64,000 nucleotides of DNA, taken from contig NC_043001.1 in assembly GCF_006345805.1 (NCBI RefSeq), forward strand, positions 126,108,001 through 126,172,000. Direction: 5' to 3'. The position numbers and the translations under genes were made by a program. The stretch is from Octopus sinensis. Lineage: Eukaryota. The notes beneath the pieces were generated by a model. That model was given only the letters and a program-made list of their open reading frames with translations, ran no database searches and was not told the origin of the DNA. This document shows, one piece after another, positions 12,642 through 25,406 of this stretch; positions within the stretch are counted from its first letter, which is position 1, and each line of letters opens with the position of its first letter.

Positions 12642-12712
12642 CTTCAAAAGAAAAGCTCTACCTTGTAATTTGTTCTATCTGTGTGCAGCCCTGTGTGGCT
12701 AATAAAGAAACA

Positions 12713-12772
<60 letters not shown>

Positions 12773-12876
12773 AATCTGTCTATCTATCTATCTATCTATC
12801 TATCTCATATCTCTATCTATCTATCTATCTATCTACTCTCTATCATATCTTCTATCTATCTATCTACCTATCTATC

Positions 12877-13851
12877 TGTGGGCGACTCCATCACAACAAA
12901 GGCATTCTATAGAGGATTAGTGGAGGGGAGGTGCGACGACGAACTCGGGCAGAGTCTGGGCGTCGACGGAGAACACCTGACCCGCCTGTTCAGGACAACT
13001 TTCGGGCCGGGACCTATGAACAATCACCAAAGATCCCTGGCCTGCAGTGCTATCGAGGAGAACATTACCTGTTCGGGATAAGCTCTACAGACACGGTTCC
13101 AACACACTGGACCGACTTGCCCGAGATGCGTCAGAGCGACGAAACCGTTCTGCACGCACTCGTGCAATGTCCAACCATTTCCGACCTGTGGGCTTGGGCT
13201 TATCCGAACGGCTGCTGTCACGTGTGGGACGAATCCGCCTATCGGCCGAGTCTATCGTGAGAATTGCTCCGCCCCCTTCCCTCAACCGGGGAAGCAAGGC
13301 AGTTTTCATCGTACTGTGTGCCCATGGTGAAAGAATGTGTGTGGTGGACTCGAGCGAAAGGATTAGAGACAACACTTACCTCTCTGGCCAATCGCTTCAT
13401 CAGCAACTTTTTCAAGTAACACTTGAAAAGGAAGGTGAGATGGAGAGGGAAGTTTTGTCTCGCGAAAGATTCAAAAAAAAGATGGGTGAATGTTGCAAAT
13501 GGTGCGTGCTGAGTAACGAAACCATTTGAGCATGATCCTGTAGATCGTAAAAAAGAAAGAAAGAGAGCCATTTTTGACCTCATGTGTTTATTTCCTCCCT
13601 GACTGGGGTTCCCGTGTCTTTTCTGTAGGCTTTTCTTCCCACGGATGAACCCAATCTGTTGTATATCAATGTTTACACCATTATTTCTTGTGATACAGAC
13701 GATTTTCCTTTTTTTCCTTTTTTTTTTTCCTCCTCTCGATCCCTTTTGATCGCAATCTTACATTTTTTATTTTTTTTCCACCCTCGAAAAGAAAAGCTCT
13801 GCATTTGTATTGTCCCCTCTGTATTCAGCCCTGTGTGCTATAAAAGAAAGT
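12877..13851 (+). mobile_element. 5'-truncated copy of a diverged Tx1-like subfamily, between TATC arrays
   Basis: Encodes TTKAFYRGLVEGRCDDELG...ETVLHALVQCPT; tail CAGCCCTGTGTGCTATAAAAGAAAG; (TATC)n at 12713-12876 and 13852-14090. Confidence 0.9.
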
Positions 13852-13868
13852 TATCTATCATCAATCTG

Positions 13869-13926
<58 letters not shown>

Positions 13927-13932
13927 AATCTG

Positions 13933-14063
<131 letters not shown>

Positions 14064-14239
14064 ATCTATCTATCTATCTTCTATCTATCTATTCATTATC
14101 TGTTTTCTCTCTCTCTCTCTCTCCCTCTCTCTTCTCTAACTACATAGACATTCACACACATATGCACTCACACACAAACATATACGTACGCGCTTACATA
14201 TATTTGTCAAACACACTTTTATGTACGCATTTACACCCC

Positions 14240-15000
14240 TGTACCCCCCCCCCCCCCACCACCACCACATCACACCCACCCCACCCCACCACATCCCACC
14301 CACCCACCCAATACACCACACCACACTGTACGTATCTGTCACTCACCTAGCTACGATGCCATATGTTGTTGCCCGGTACGCCTCGCTGTTGCTACGTAAT
14401 AAACAGAGCGTAGCTTCGTTGCATTTTCTTTTTCTTTCTCATTTCCCTCCTCTTTTTTTATTCACTTATTTCACCATCAACTCCACCACAAGCATTATCA
14501 TTAAAATTTGCTGGCACCACCGCCGCCGCCTCCACCTGCACCACCACCACCACCGCCACCGCCGCCACCGCCACCACCACCACCACCACCACCACCACCA
14601 CCACCACCGCCACCACCACCGCCACCACCACCGCCGCCCGCCACCACCACCACCACCACCACCGCCACCACCACACCGCCACCACCGCCGCCGCCGCCAC
14701 CACCACCACCACCACCACAGTAAGAAGTATCACCACCATCACCATCACAACGACGACGACGACGACGGCCATGACCACCACTACTACGATCATCACCACC
14801 CCACTACCATGATCACACCACCACCACCACCACCACCACCACCACCACCATCACCACCACCACCACCACCACCACCACCAACGCCACCACCGACACCAAC
14901 ACCACCGCCACCAACACCACCGCCACCACCACCACCGCCGCCGCTACCACCACCACCACTTCTGCCAACATCACCGCCAGTGCCGCCATCACCACCATTA
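14240..15000. repeat. (CAC)n/(CGC)n trinucleotide tract
   Basis: Read directly from the sequence. Confidence 0.95.
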
Positions 15001-15079
15001 TTAGAAGTTGCTATGTTAGCAGTGTGATATTTAATAGTTAATAGTTATCTTAACTATGATGCTGTTAACATTAACCACA

Positions 15080-15262
15080 AATGACGATGATGGTGATGAA
15101 GATAATGATGAGGATAATGACGATCATGGCGATGATGATGGTGATGGTGGTGATGATGATGATGATGATGATGACAGTGAGGATGATGATGGTGGTGATG
15201 ATGATGGTGATGATAGTGATGATGATGATGGTGATGATGATGGTGATGATGATGATGATGGT

Positions 15263-15309
<47 letters not shown>

Positions 15310-15654
15310 GATGGTGATGATGGTGATGATAGTGATGATGATGATGGTGATGATGATGATGGTGATGATGATGGTGATGGTGATGATGATGATGATGGTG
15401 ATGATGGTGATGATAGTGATGATGATGATGGTGATGATGATGATGGTGATGATGATGATAGTGATGATGATGATGGTGATGATGATGATGATGATAGTGA
15501 TGATGATGATGGTGATGATGATGGTGATGATGATGGTGATGGTGGTGATGATGATGATGGTGATGATGATGATGATGATGGTGATGGTGATGATGGTGAT
15601 GATGGTGATGATGATGATGATGATGGTGATGGTGATCATGGTGATGATGATGAT
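15080..15654. repeat. (GAT)n/(GGT)n trinucleotide tract
   Basis: Read directly from the sequence. Confidence 0.95.
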
Positions 15655-15874
15655 AGAAACGTTAGCACGCCGGACGAAATGCTTAGCGGTATTTCGTCTG
15701 CCGTTACGTTCTGAGTTCAAATTCCGCCGAGGTCGACTTTGCTTTTTTCATCCATTCGGGGTCGATTAAATAAGTACCAGTTACGCACTGGGGTCGATAT
15801 AATCGACTTAATCCGTTTGTCTGGCCTTGTTTGTCCCCCTCTATGTTTAGCCCCTTGTGGATAGTAAAGGAATA
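15655..15874 (+). mobile_element. SINE, tail type 1, slightly 5'-truncated, inserted in (GAT)n
   Basis: Same body and tail as 801-1031. Confidence 0.88.
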
Positions 15875-16242
15875 GATGATAATGATGAAGACGACGACAA
15901 CGGCGTAAAATGATGGTGATAATGATAATGATGACGATGATGTTGACGATGATGATGGCGATGATTTTCCGCTAAACAGGCACAGCATTTCAAAAAAGAC
16001 CAAAAAATAAAAAAAGTGACCCACCCACCACCATCCAATCATACGCCTACCCCCAACACGCTAAAAAAGTATGAAAATCATAAGAAAACCCGTCGAATAT
16101 AATATGGCGTTAAAACAGAAATATGTATGGCTAATAAAGCGAAATATTTGACTCCGACATACGACATATAAACATAGAAATAAAGGAGTAAGTTAATACG
16201 TAAATAAATAATTAATCTGAAATATGATCTAAATATAAACAT

Positions 16243-16277
<35 letters not shown>

Positions 16278-16970
16278 GAGGGGGAGGAGGAGAGAGAGAG
16301 AGAGAGAGAGAGTGAAAGAGAGAGAGAGAGAGAGAGAGGGAGCAAGAGAGAGCGGGAGAAAGAGAGGGAACGAGAGAGCGAGTGAGTGAGAGAACGAGAG
16401 AGAGATAGAGGGAGAGAGAAAGAGACAGAGAGAGCGGGAGAAAGAGAGGGAACGAGAGAGCGAGTGAGTGAGAGAACGAGAGAGAGATAGAGGGAAAGAG
16501 AGAGAGAAAAAAAGAAAGAGAGAGCGGGAGAAAGAGAGGAGGAAGGCGAGAGAAATAGAGTAAGAACGAGAGAGGGAGAGAACGAGAGAGAGAGAGAGAG
16601 AGAGAAGAAAGAGAGAGTGCAAGAGAGAGAGAGAGCGAGAAAGAGGGAGAGAAATAGCAAGAGACAAAGAGAGCGAGAGGGAGAGAGCGACAGAATAAGA
16701 GCGAATAAGGGAGAGAGAGAGAGAGTGAGAGAGTGAAAGAGAGATAGAGCGAGAGAGAGATGGAGTAAGAGAAAGAGAAAGAGAGAGGGAGAGAGATCGA
16801 GAGCGAAAGATCGAGACAGAGAGAGTTAGATAAATAGAGTGATAGGTAGGTAGAGAGAGAGAGGGGGGAGGAGAGGGAGAGACAGAGAAAAAGAGAGAGA
16901 GGGAAAGCGAAAGGGAGAGAGAGAAAGAGAGAGAGCGAGAGAGAGAGAGAGAGAGAAGGAAGAACGAATG
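16243..16970. repeat. Polypurine (GA)n-rich tract with an internal duplication
   Basis: About 730 bp, nearly all purine; the block AGAGAGCGGGAGAAAGAGAGGGAACGAGAGAGCGAGTGAGTGAGAGAACG occurs twice. Confidence 0.9.
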
Positions 16971-17210
16971 GCAGGATCTCATGAGAAATTTCGTGATTGA
17001 TGTGTTTCTGATGTGGATTTAAAATGTTAAAAAAAAGATCAAAAGAATTCCATGAAAGCCTGAAATAATAATAAAAATATACCGTGAAATGAGTTGTGTT
17101 TAGTCATGGTATGTCACTGTATGGTACTGTATTGTATGGCAAAGTATGGTATGGCCCTGTAGTTAAATTAAAGGCGTACCTCAATTTGCGTCGATATGTT
17201 CCAAGACATA

Positions 17211-17429
17211 AGGCGGCGAGCTGGCAGAAACGTTAGCACGCCGGGCGAAGTGCGTAGCTGTATTTCGTCTACCGTTACGTTCTGAGTTCAAATTTCGCCG
17301 AGGTCGACTTTGCCTTTCATCCTTTCGGGGTCGATAAATTAAGTACCAGTTGCGCACTGGGATCGATATAACCGACTTAATCCGTTTGTCCCCTCTGTGT
17401 TTAGCCCCTTGTGGGTAGTAAAGAAATAA
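17211..17429 (+). mobile_element. SINE, tail type 1, full length
   Basis: 17-bp TSD ATATGTTCCAAGACATA at 17194-17210 and 17430-17446. Confidence 0.92.
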
Positions 17430-17481
17430 ATATGTTCCAAGACATACGACTTAACTCGAATAAAACATTAAAAAAAACTAT

Positions 17482-17930
17482 TTTTATTCTTTACTTGTTT
17501 TAGCATTGAGTGCAGCCATGCTGGAGCACTGCTTTTAAGGGTTATGGACCCCAGGATATATTTTCTAAAGCCTGGTACTATTTATCGAACCGTTAGATTA
17601 ACGGTGGTCAAGCGAAGGTGGAGAACAAACACAGAGAGAAAGACAAACATACATAGAGGCGTAGATATATATGTACATATTCTATTGATCACTTTTGCCG
17701 AACCGCTAGTTTTCAGGGGCGTAAACACAATAACACCCTCTTACACACATAAATATATATATACGACAAGCTTCTTTCAGTTTCCATCTACCAAATCCAC
17801 TCACAAGGCTTTGGTCGGCCCGAAAGTATAGTAGAAGATACCTGCCTAATTGTGCCAAGCATGTGGGACTGAACCCGGTATCATGTAGTTGAGAACTAAG
17901 CTTCTTACCACGCAACCACACATGCACCTG
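17482..17930 (-). mobile_element. Bipartite tRNA-derived SINE with internal microsatellite
   Basis: Same two-part layout as 20203-20627 and 60367-60813. Confidence 0.8.
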
Positions 17931-18064
17931 CAATATTCTTTTCTACTCTAGGCACAAGGCTCAAAATTTTTGGAGAAGGGGCCAGTCGATTAGATCGACT
18001 TCAGTACGCAACTGGTACTTAGTTTATTTACATTATTTACCTTTGACGGATCTTGTTTGTTGTT

Positions 18065-18110
18065 AACACAACGTTTCGGCTGATAAACCCTCCAGTCTTC
18101 ATCAGGTGTC
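18065..18110 (-). ncRNA. Type I hammerhead, canonical core
   Basis: Reverse complement GACAC-CTGATGA-AGACTG...CAGCC-GAAAC-GTT-GTGTT. Confidence 0.72.
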
Positions 18111-18166
18111 TTGGGGAAATTTCGAACCTGGGTTCTCATTCCTAACGTATTTTTCGATGTTGTTGC

Positions 18167-18231
<65 letters not shown>

Positions 18232-18301
18232 TCACTGCCTGGAATCGAACTCGGAAAAATACCTTAGGAATGAGAAATCAGGTTTGAAATATTTTCCCCA
18301 A

Positions 18302-18347
18302 GACACCTGATGAAGGCTGGAGGATATATCAGCCGAAACGTTGTGTT
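18302..18347 (+). ncRNA. Type I hammerhead, canonical core
   Basis: GACAC-CTGATGA-A-GGCTG-GAGGATATAT-CAGCC-GAAAC-GTT-GTGTT: 5-bp stem I, 5-bp stem II, ACGU palindromic stem III. Confidence 0.8.
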
Positions 18348-18821
18348 AACAACAAACAAGATGAAGACAAATATCCGTCAAATGTAAATAATGTAAATAA
18401 ACTAAGTACCAATAAACTAATAAACTAAGAGAGAGAGAAAGAGATTAGACAGGGAAAAAATTGTACAGACCCCCGAATGGGAAGACAAAAGATGTTGTTT
18501 ATCATGAAGCTTTGCAACAAGTTCCAAGGGAGGCTTTTAAGCTGGTATATATGTGTGTGTGTGTGTATTACTATATGTGTCTGACTAGCAAGGTGAAGCG
18601 GCTGACCTCCCCTGTTCGAAGGTTGTAATGGACGCAGGTTCGTGTGTCATATAGCTTGCTAGAGGCGATGGCCTCTTGGAGCTAATCAGCGACAGCTTTA
18701 GTCTTATATTTAGACTGCCGTATTAGTATGGCGATAACTATTAATATCCAGTAACGCTGCCGTAATCTCCTTTAGAGAGACTTAGTAATTTTAATATTTC
18801 TATTATATATATATATATATA

Positions 18822-18939
18822 CTTTATTTAAAAGCAGCAGAAATTCAACAAAACCTGTTACTCTAAAACTGTCCGACGAACGGGAACGTGAAACTCAGAG
18901 TAACAGGTTTTGTTGAATTTCTGCTGCTTTTAAATAAAG
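18822..18939. repeat. Perfect 43-bp inverted repeat with a 32-nt loop
   Basis: Arms 18822-18864 and 18897-18939; the unit continues to about 19012 and is flanked by (TA)n. Confidence 0.93.
18869..18906 (+). ncRNA. Hammerhead-like motif (CCGACGA core variant) overlapping the hairpin loop and right arm
   Basis: CTGT-CCGACGA-ACG-GGAA-CGT-GAAAC-TCAGA-GTA-ACAG: stem I CTGT/ACAG, stem II ACG/CGT, stem III ACTC/GAGT. Confidence 0.6.
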
Positions 18940-19229
18940 CATATTACTCTAACCCTGGTATTTGAGTACTCTTTTTCCCACCTTGTTTCACATTTATGTG
19001 TTTACTCCGGTATATATATATATAATATAGGATAACATTTTTCGAAAAAAATTCTATCAATGGCCAGCATATTAAAAAATACCTTTAAAGGTTAAATTTA
19101 TAAACAACTTATAAACAAGGGCAAAAGAAAAAAATTTCTAATGCCAAATATGCTGAAAACAGACACATCGTCAATAACCGTATAATTAAGTTGTATATAT
19201 ATATATGTATATGCATATATCTATGTATG

Positions 19230-19660
19230 TGTCTTCGTGTCTGTGTTTGCCCTCATCACCGTTTGACAATCGGTGTTGGTGTGTTTACGCCCCCATAATT
19301 AGCGGTTCGGCAAAGTGAATAAGTATTAGGCTTAAGAAATAAGTCCTAGGGTCGATTTGTTCGAATAAAAGCTTTCAAGATGGTGCTCCAGCATGGCCAC
19401 AGTCGAATTACTGAAACAAGTACAAGAATAAAAGAATACATAGCAACACGATTTCAGTCAGTGTTGTAAGGAAAAATTTTTAATATATCTTTTACATGTT
19501 TCATTTACTGGACCGCGATCCATGATGGGGCACCGCCTCAAAAGAGTTTTAGTCGAAGCAACTCGATCTCGGTATTTATTTTTGTTAAGTCTGGTACTTG
19601 TTTTATCGAACACCTTTTACCGAACCGGTAAGTTACGGGGACGTAAACATACCAAAACCA
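19230..19660. mobile_element. Two 3' halves of the bipartite SINE in tail-to-tail inverted orientation
   Basis: 19230-19438 on plus and 19490-19660 on minus. Confidence 0.75.
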
Positions 19661-20202
19661 CATGCGCGCACACACACACATACATAGACACATACACAGA
19701 CACATATACACATACTCAAATACAGCGTGCTTACGTACATACAGACAGTGTGCTCTCATACACACAGCATGCACACATACACACACTCAACCTGCTCTCC
19801 TCTCTCTCTCTTCTCTCTCTCTCACACACACACACACACATACATGCGGGAGTCAAACTTATTCAATTTATTCAAACTTAAAAATTAATTAATGAATTAA
19901 TTATGATTTTTAATAGAGGCATAAGGCCACACATCATGGGCGGGATGTACGGTTAATTAAATCGACACAAATACTTGACTATTGCTTATTTTATTCGCCC
20001 TGGGAGGAAAGCTACTAAGACGGTTTCATTGCGGGATTTACTTGAAGTGCAAAGGGACGTAACTGAAGACGACGAGGTATTATTTTATCCGCCTCATTAC
20101 CGATTCTGCCTATTAATTAATACTAATTGCTAACTTAAGCACAAGATCTCAAAAGTGCTTTTGATGGGGAGGAGTGGAGTTGGTTAAGATTGAGCCAAAG
20201 TC

Positions 20203-20627
20203 TTACTCTTTTACTCTTTTTACTCTTTTACTTGTTTCAGTCATTTGACTGCGGCCATGCTGGAGCACCGCCTTTTAATCGAGCAAATCGACCCCGGGAC
20301 TTATTCTTTTTGTAAGCCACATACTTATTCTATCGTCTCTTTTGCCGAACCGCTAAGTGACGGGGACGTAAACACACAGCATCGGTTGTCAAGCAATGCT
20401 AGGGGGACACACAAACACACACACACACCACACACACATACATATAATACATATACATATATACGACAGGCTTCTTTCAGTTTCCGTCTACCAAATCCAC
20501 TCACAAGGCATTGGTCGGCCCAAGGCTATAGCAGAAGACACTTGCCCAAGATGCCACGCAGTGGGACTGAACCCGGAACCATGTGGCTGGTTAGCAAGCT
20601 ACTTACCACACAGCCACTCCTGCGCCT
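20203..20627 (-). mobile_element. Bipartite tRNA-derived SINE, full length
   Basis: Head AGGCGCAGGAGTGGCTGTGTGGTAAG..GGTTCAGTCCC; internal CA/TA microsatellite; (AAGAGTAA)n-type tail. Confidence 0.85.
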
Positions 20628-20824
20628 TGACATATTTTTTTTTAACGACTTTGCAAAGGTTAAATGTCAAACACAACCTCAGCGGGATTTGAACTAAAAT
20701 CGTTAAGTCAATGCAACTAAATAAAAAGAAAAGTGTTCTATCTACCAGCTGGACCTGTTGAAATTCCACGGTTGATAAGACTTCACATATCTATTTTCAT
20801 GCAAAATTTATCGATCTTCATAGT

Positions 20825-21033
20825 ATTGGTTTCAAATTTTGGCACAAGGCCAGCAATTTCGGGTGAGGAGGTAAGTTGATTGCATCGACTCCTGTACTTG
20901 ACCGGTCTTATTTTATCGACCCCGAAAGGTAAAGTCGACCTCGGCGGAATTTGGACTCAGAACGTAAAGACGAACGAAATGCCCTCTAAGCATTTTGCCC
21001 AGCGTGCTATCGATTCTGTCAGTTCGCCGCCTT
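20825..21033 (-). mobile_element. SINE, same head and core, tail type 3 (...GCTGGCCTTGTGCCAAAATTTGAAACCAAT)
   Basis: Head and core match 801-1031, tail differs; similar copies at 29512-29718, 62287-62492 and 63225-63660. Confidence 0.8.
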
Positions 21034-21349
21034 ATCGATTTTTATGATATTGTCTCTTTATATTAAAATATCTAGATTATGACTCCGATTTCGTTTCATA
21101 GTCAAGGTTGCTTAAAGCGTAACAGATGAACATTTGCATGAAAGTAATCAGCCATAAACAGAAAAATAGTACATATTAAAGCGACGAACAAAAGCATCAC
21201 ATGGTATTTGATTACAGTTCATTATATTCCGAGTTCAAATCACATTAAGGTCAACTTTGCCTTTCATCCTTTCGGAGAGTGGGGTCAAAAATAAAAAGAT
21301 TCTTCATTCTTCTCTTGCTCTCTCTTTCCTTCTAACCAATTCAAAGAAA

Positions 21350-21536
21350 GTGAGAGAGAGAGGGGTAAAGAGAGAGAGAAGGAGACAGAGAAAGAGAGAG
21401 GGGAGAAAGAGGGAAGAGGGGTGAGAGAGGAGGGGAGAGAGAGGAGGGGAGAGAGAGGAGGAGAGAGGAGGGGAGAGAGAGAGAGGAAGGAGAGAGAGAG
21501 AGGAAGGAGAGAGAGAGAGGAAGGAGAGAGAGAGGA

Positions 21537-21582
<46 letters not shown>

Positions 21583-21590
21583 TAAGAAAA
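21350..21590. repeat. (GA)/(GGA)-rich polypurine tract
   Basis: Read directly from the sequence. Confidence 0.9.
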
Positions 21591-21929
21591 AAATCGACCC
21601 CAGTATTTGACTGGTCCTTTATTTATGATTTCAAAACGATGAAAAGCAAAGCTGATCGCAGCGTGATTTGAACTCAAATTACAGAGAACTGGAGTAAATG
21701 CTGCAAGATTATTTGTTTTGGTTTTCGGCAATCGGACGCTCTAATGACTCCTGCCGGCTAACCACCTTTTAAGCATAGTACCAATCATATTCTGCGTAGA
21801 TTTAATCAATTCCATCAAATACCTCTATCAAAATAAAATCAACAGGAGAACAAGAAAATTTTTGCTTAAAATGTTGCAGCTGAGGATAAAATTTCAAATA
21901 AAATATTTATATTGAGAAAATATTAGTTT

Positions 21930-22145
21930 AACCAACAGCGGGTATCTTATAGTCGTCATTCATATCGAGCCCTTCTGAGTAGTAGCACGCGTCTTCGATG
22001 AGTCTACGATTTAAAAAAAAATTTACCATAATTTTTCCGCATTTTTAATAATTTTTGCTCGGGTTATATAAGGGAAGTAACTCTCTAAAAATGCTTATAT
22101 AGTTATTCCCTTACGAACCCGAGCAACGCCGGGCGATACTGCTAG
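21930..22145 (+). mobile_element. 5'-truncated non-autonomous Helitron (same family as 45838-46238)
   Basis: Ends CCCGAGCAACGCCGGGCGATACTGCTAG followed by T. Confidence 0.8.
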
Positions 22146-24344
22146 TTAAAACTAAAAATTTTATTACAAGCTATTCTATTGAAAATTAAAAATAACTCAA
22201 AATATATTTTGCACTTTAAAAAAATTCATTTTTAAAAATTATGGATTAATAATTAAAAATTTGAAAATAGGTTGTAAAAAATAATAGTAGTACATAATTA
22301 GTATAATAAATAGAATAATACAAAGATTAGTTATATATTGCAGTAAAATCTGCCTATAACAACAAATTCACAGTAAAATTTGCCTAAGTTATTGCCAAGT
22401 CTTCACATTTTTAGTCTTGAACAATGCCTATTTTTTACATAATGAATTTGCCTACCATATATATTCTACTTTGCATAGAACTTTAGCTATATTGGTACTT
22501 TTGGTTCTCATTTTTTAAGTATTCTAGTGTGTCAATATTTTAACAAAATGATGGTACCATTTTTAATTATAACGTTACTTTGTAAATTAAAATTAAATAA
22601 TTTTCAATATTCAAATTTTATCCTTAGCTGCAATATTTTAAGTAAAAATTTTCTTGTTCTGTACTTTACCAGATGTAATAACTTGTCTTGTACTTTTCCA
22701 GATTTATAATCTTAAGAATATTATTTCTCTTGCTCGCATTTTCCCATGTAATTCATGTTTTTTTCCAGGCTATGCTATTATGCTAATTAACAATATGTCA
22801 AATGTGTCAGTTAACGGTGTCGTTGATAATTTTTTCATTACCCCAATGATGCCGGTGATACATATTAAAAGTCTCCTAGAACTATAGTTATTAAAAAGTG
22901 TAGAACTATTATCAACCTCAAATTTGAGAAACAAACGCACATAACTTCTTTATTCTAAAACTTCATTGCATGAGATTGATACCAGGAAATTCCTCGAATT
23001 GAGCTCTGTCATTTCAGCTTAATTAAAATATAGTTTGTTTTTAAAATAAAGTGATTTATACTTAAATCCAATTTTTGCCTCACTTATATATTTTTTTCCT
23101 GATATTTTACCTCAACTTTTTTAATACAAATTTTTGTTGCATGAGACCAAAACTGTGAAATTCTTCATGCTTTCATCTATCATTGAAGCTAAGATAAATA
23201 TATTTTGCTTTTAAAATAAAAACAAAAAGTTTAGATCCAAACTTGATTGGTGGCGTTACTTACACTCCTATAACGTTGCTATAAATTTTGATGTAAACTT
23301 TTTCTACTGGACCAAATCTCAATTTTTTATGCCAAAATGTAGCTAGGGACCAGTTGTCTTAAAAAATGTTAACGGTTTTCCATTTTGTTTAGAACTGAAT
23401 TAGCAACAAGCTCTGAAAGATGCTGCGCATGTGAGTAAATTACAGCCTTAAGAATATTATTCAACTACTGCCGTACTTAAATGAATCAGCTACTACCGTA
23501 GTTGAATGATACATACATACCTACATACCTACATACATACATACATAGTAATTGCTCCATCTTCACAGATGATTGTCTCTCCTTGTACTTCCCCATTGTC
23601 AATGGCATAGCTAACTTTCCTTCCATGACCTCTCAGAGAACTATTCAATCCCGTTGCAGATCTGTATAATTGGCAAACGAAAATTGCAATTTACTGTTTG
23701 CTTTCAACTGGTTCGTTTTGCAAACGTTTCCGTTCTTCCATCGTCAGAGGATTTTAATAGATGGAATGACAAATGAGGTCGCCCTAAAGAGACTTCTGTA
23801 CATCATTGGATTATGATGATAAAAGCCCGTATAACACAAGTACTACTCTCTGAGTCACCGTGATAAGTACCCTGTGACAGGCCGAAGCGAGATGACCAGC
23901 AATCACATGAAACCGCAGGTTTTACATCAGAGTGCTCCTCTCCTAGAAGAATAATGTGACCACAGTTAGGGGTCCATCACTCCTAGTGATTTTGTTGAGC
24001 CCTTGAAACCAAGTTAGAGTATTTTTGTGTCCTCGCGGTTAGATGAAGTATCATCATTTTTGCTAGTTATCCCACGGCTGGAGCCCGACCCTGATATGTG
24101 CTACTACTCCGGGTCAGACTAGATCTGGGAACAATCGTGGCTAAGGCGTGGTTCCACACCCTTCAAAACCCCGCAACTCTCGAACGAGGACCCCCCCACT
24201 ATTGGATGCAGTTTAAAATCATAGCCTGGACACGCACGCACACACACGCACACACACACATGCATACACACATGCATGCACACACACATACGCGCGCACA
24301 CATGCTTGGGCATGAAGAACTTGGCAGATAGATATGTAGAGAGA

Positions 24345-24690
24345 ATCTTTTCTACTCTAGGCACAAGTTCCGAAATTTTTGGGGAGGCGGCCAGTCGGTT
24401 ACATCGACCCAAGTGCATAACTGGTACTTAATTTATCAACCCCGAAATGACGAAAGGCAAAGTCAACCTAGGCGGAATTTGAACTCAGAATGTAAAGACA
24501 GACAAAATACCTATTTCTTTACTGCCCACAAGGGGCTACACACAGAGAGGACAAACAAGGACAGACAAACGGATTAAGTCGATTACATCGACCCCAGAGC
24601 GTAACTGGTACTTAATTTATCGACCCCGAATGGATGAAAGGCAAAGTCGGCCTCGGCGGAATTTGAACTCAGAACGTAACGGCAGATGAA
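24345..24690 (-). mobile_element. SINE composite: tail-1 monomer joined to a tail-2 monomer
   Basis: Junction GAAATA|GGTATTTTGTCTG (element sense) near 24510. Confidence 0.8.
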
Positions 24691-25193
24691 ATATCTATCC
24701 CCATGATGACCGGTCAAGTTCTTTACCATTAAACTAGACTGTCCACTGAAAAAGGGAAAGACGGGTGAGATTGCGCCAATGGTTGCAAGTTTTACATCGT
24801 GAGTACGACGTTAAACACGAAGTAACCACACAGCTAAGCTCACACTCTTAAGTCGACTTCGACGGAATTTGAACGTAGCGGCAGACGAAATACGGCTACG
24901 CATTTCGCCCGGCGTGCTAACGATTCTGCCAGCTCGCCGCCTTAGATACACAGAGAGAATGTGTAAGAAAGAAAACCAAGTGCAAGACATTACTTTGACG
25001 TCATCATCAATAAGCATGAAGTGCTACTCAACAACCACCTGGCATGGGAATTGCTATACAATTGCGTGCATTATCTGTGTTGACACGTCAAGTGGAATTT
25101 GCGCGACTGTTCAACAAATGACCACCGATTCTCTAATGTTTATAATGTCGAGAATTTTCGATCAGCCGATCATATTGGCATTATTCTTCTTGC

Positions 25194-25406
25194 TTGTTAG
25201 CACGCCGGGCGAAATGCGTTGCCGTATTTCGTCTGCCGTTACGTTCTGAGTTCAAATTCTGCCGAGGTCGACTTTGCCTTTCATCCTTTCGAGGTCGATA
25301 AATTAAGTACCAGTTACGCACTGGGGTCGATGTAATCGACTTAATTCGTTTGTCTGTCCTTGTTTGTCCCATCTATATTTAGTCCCTTGTGGGTAATAAA
25401 GAAACA
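25194..25406 (+). mobile_element. SINE, tail type 1, 5'-truncated
   Basis: 14-bp TSD ATTATTCTTCTTGC at 25180-25193 and 25407-25420. Confidence 0.9.

Larger units (their letters stand above)
7347..12712 (+). mobile_element. Near full-length Tx1/L1-clade non-LTR retrotransposon inserted in (TATC)n
   Basis: ORF1 with CCHC knuckle; ORF2 with APE endonuclease, RT and C-terminal Cys/His motif; T-rich 3' UTR ending AATAAAGAAACA; TATC arrays on both sides. Confidence 0.93.
18014..18410. repeat. Foldback of two hammerhead-bearing arms around (TTA)n, interrupting a tail-type-2 SINE (about 17935-18025, minus)
   Basis: Arms 18014-18157 and 18251-18410 are reverse complements. Confidence 0.88.

Noticed and set aside
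14221-15769. Extensin/histidine-rich or acidic protein exons
   Set aside because: Pure trinucleotide tracts with no splice context or non-repetitive coding flanks.
23722-23750. Hammerhead-like CTGACGA...GAAACGTT on the minus strand
   Set aside because: Neither stem I nor stem II pairs convincingly.
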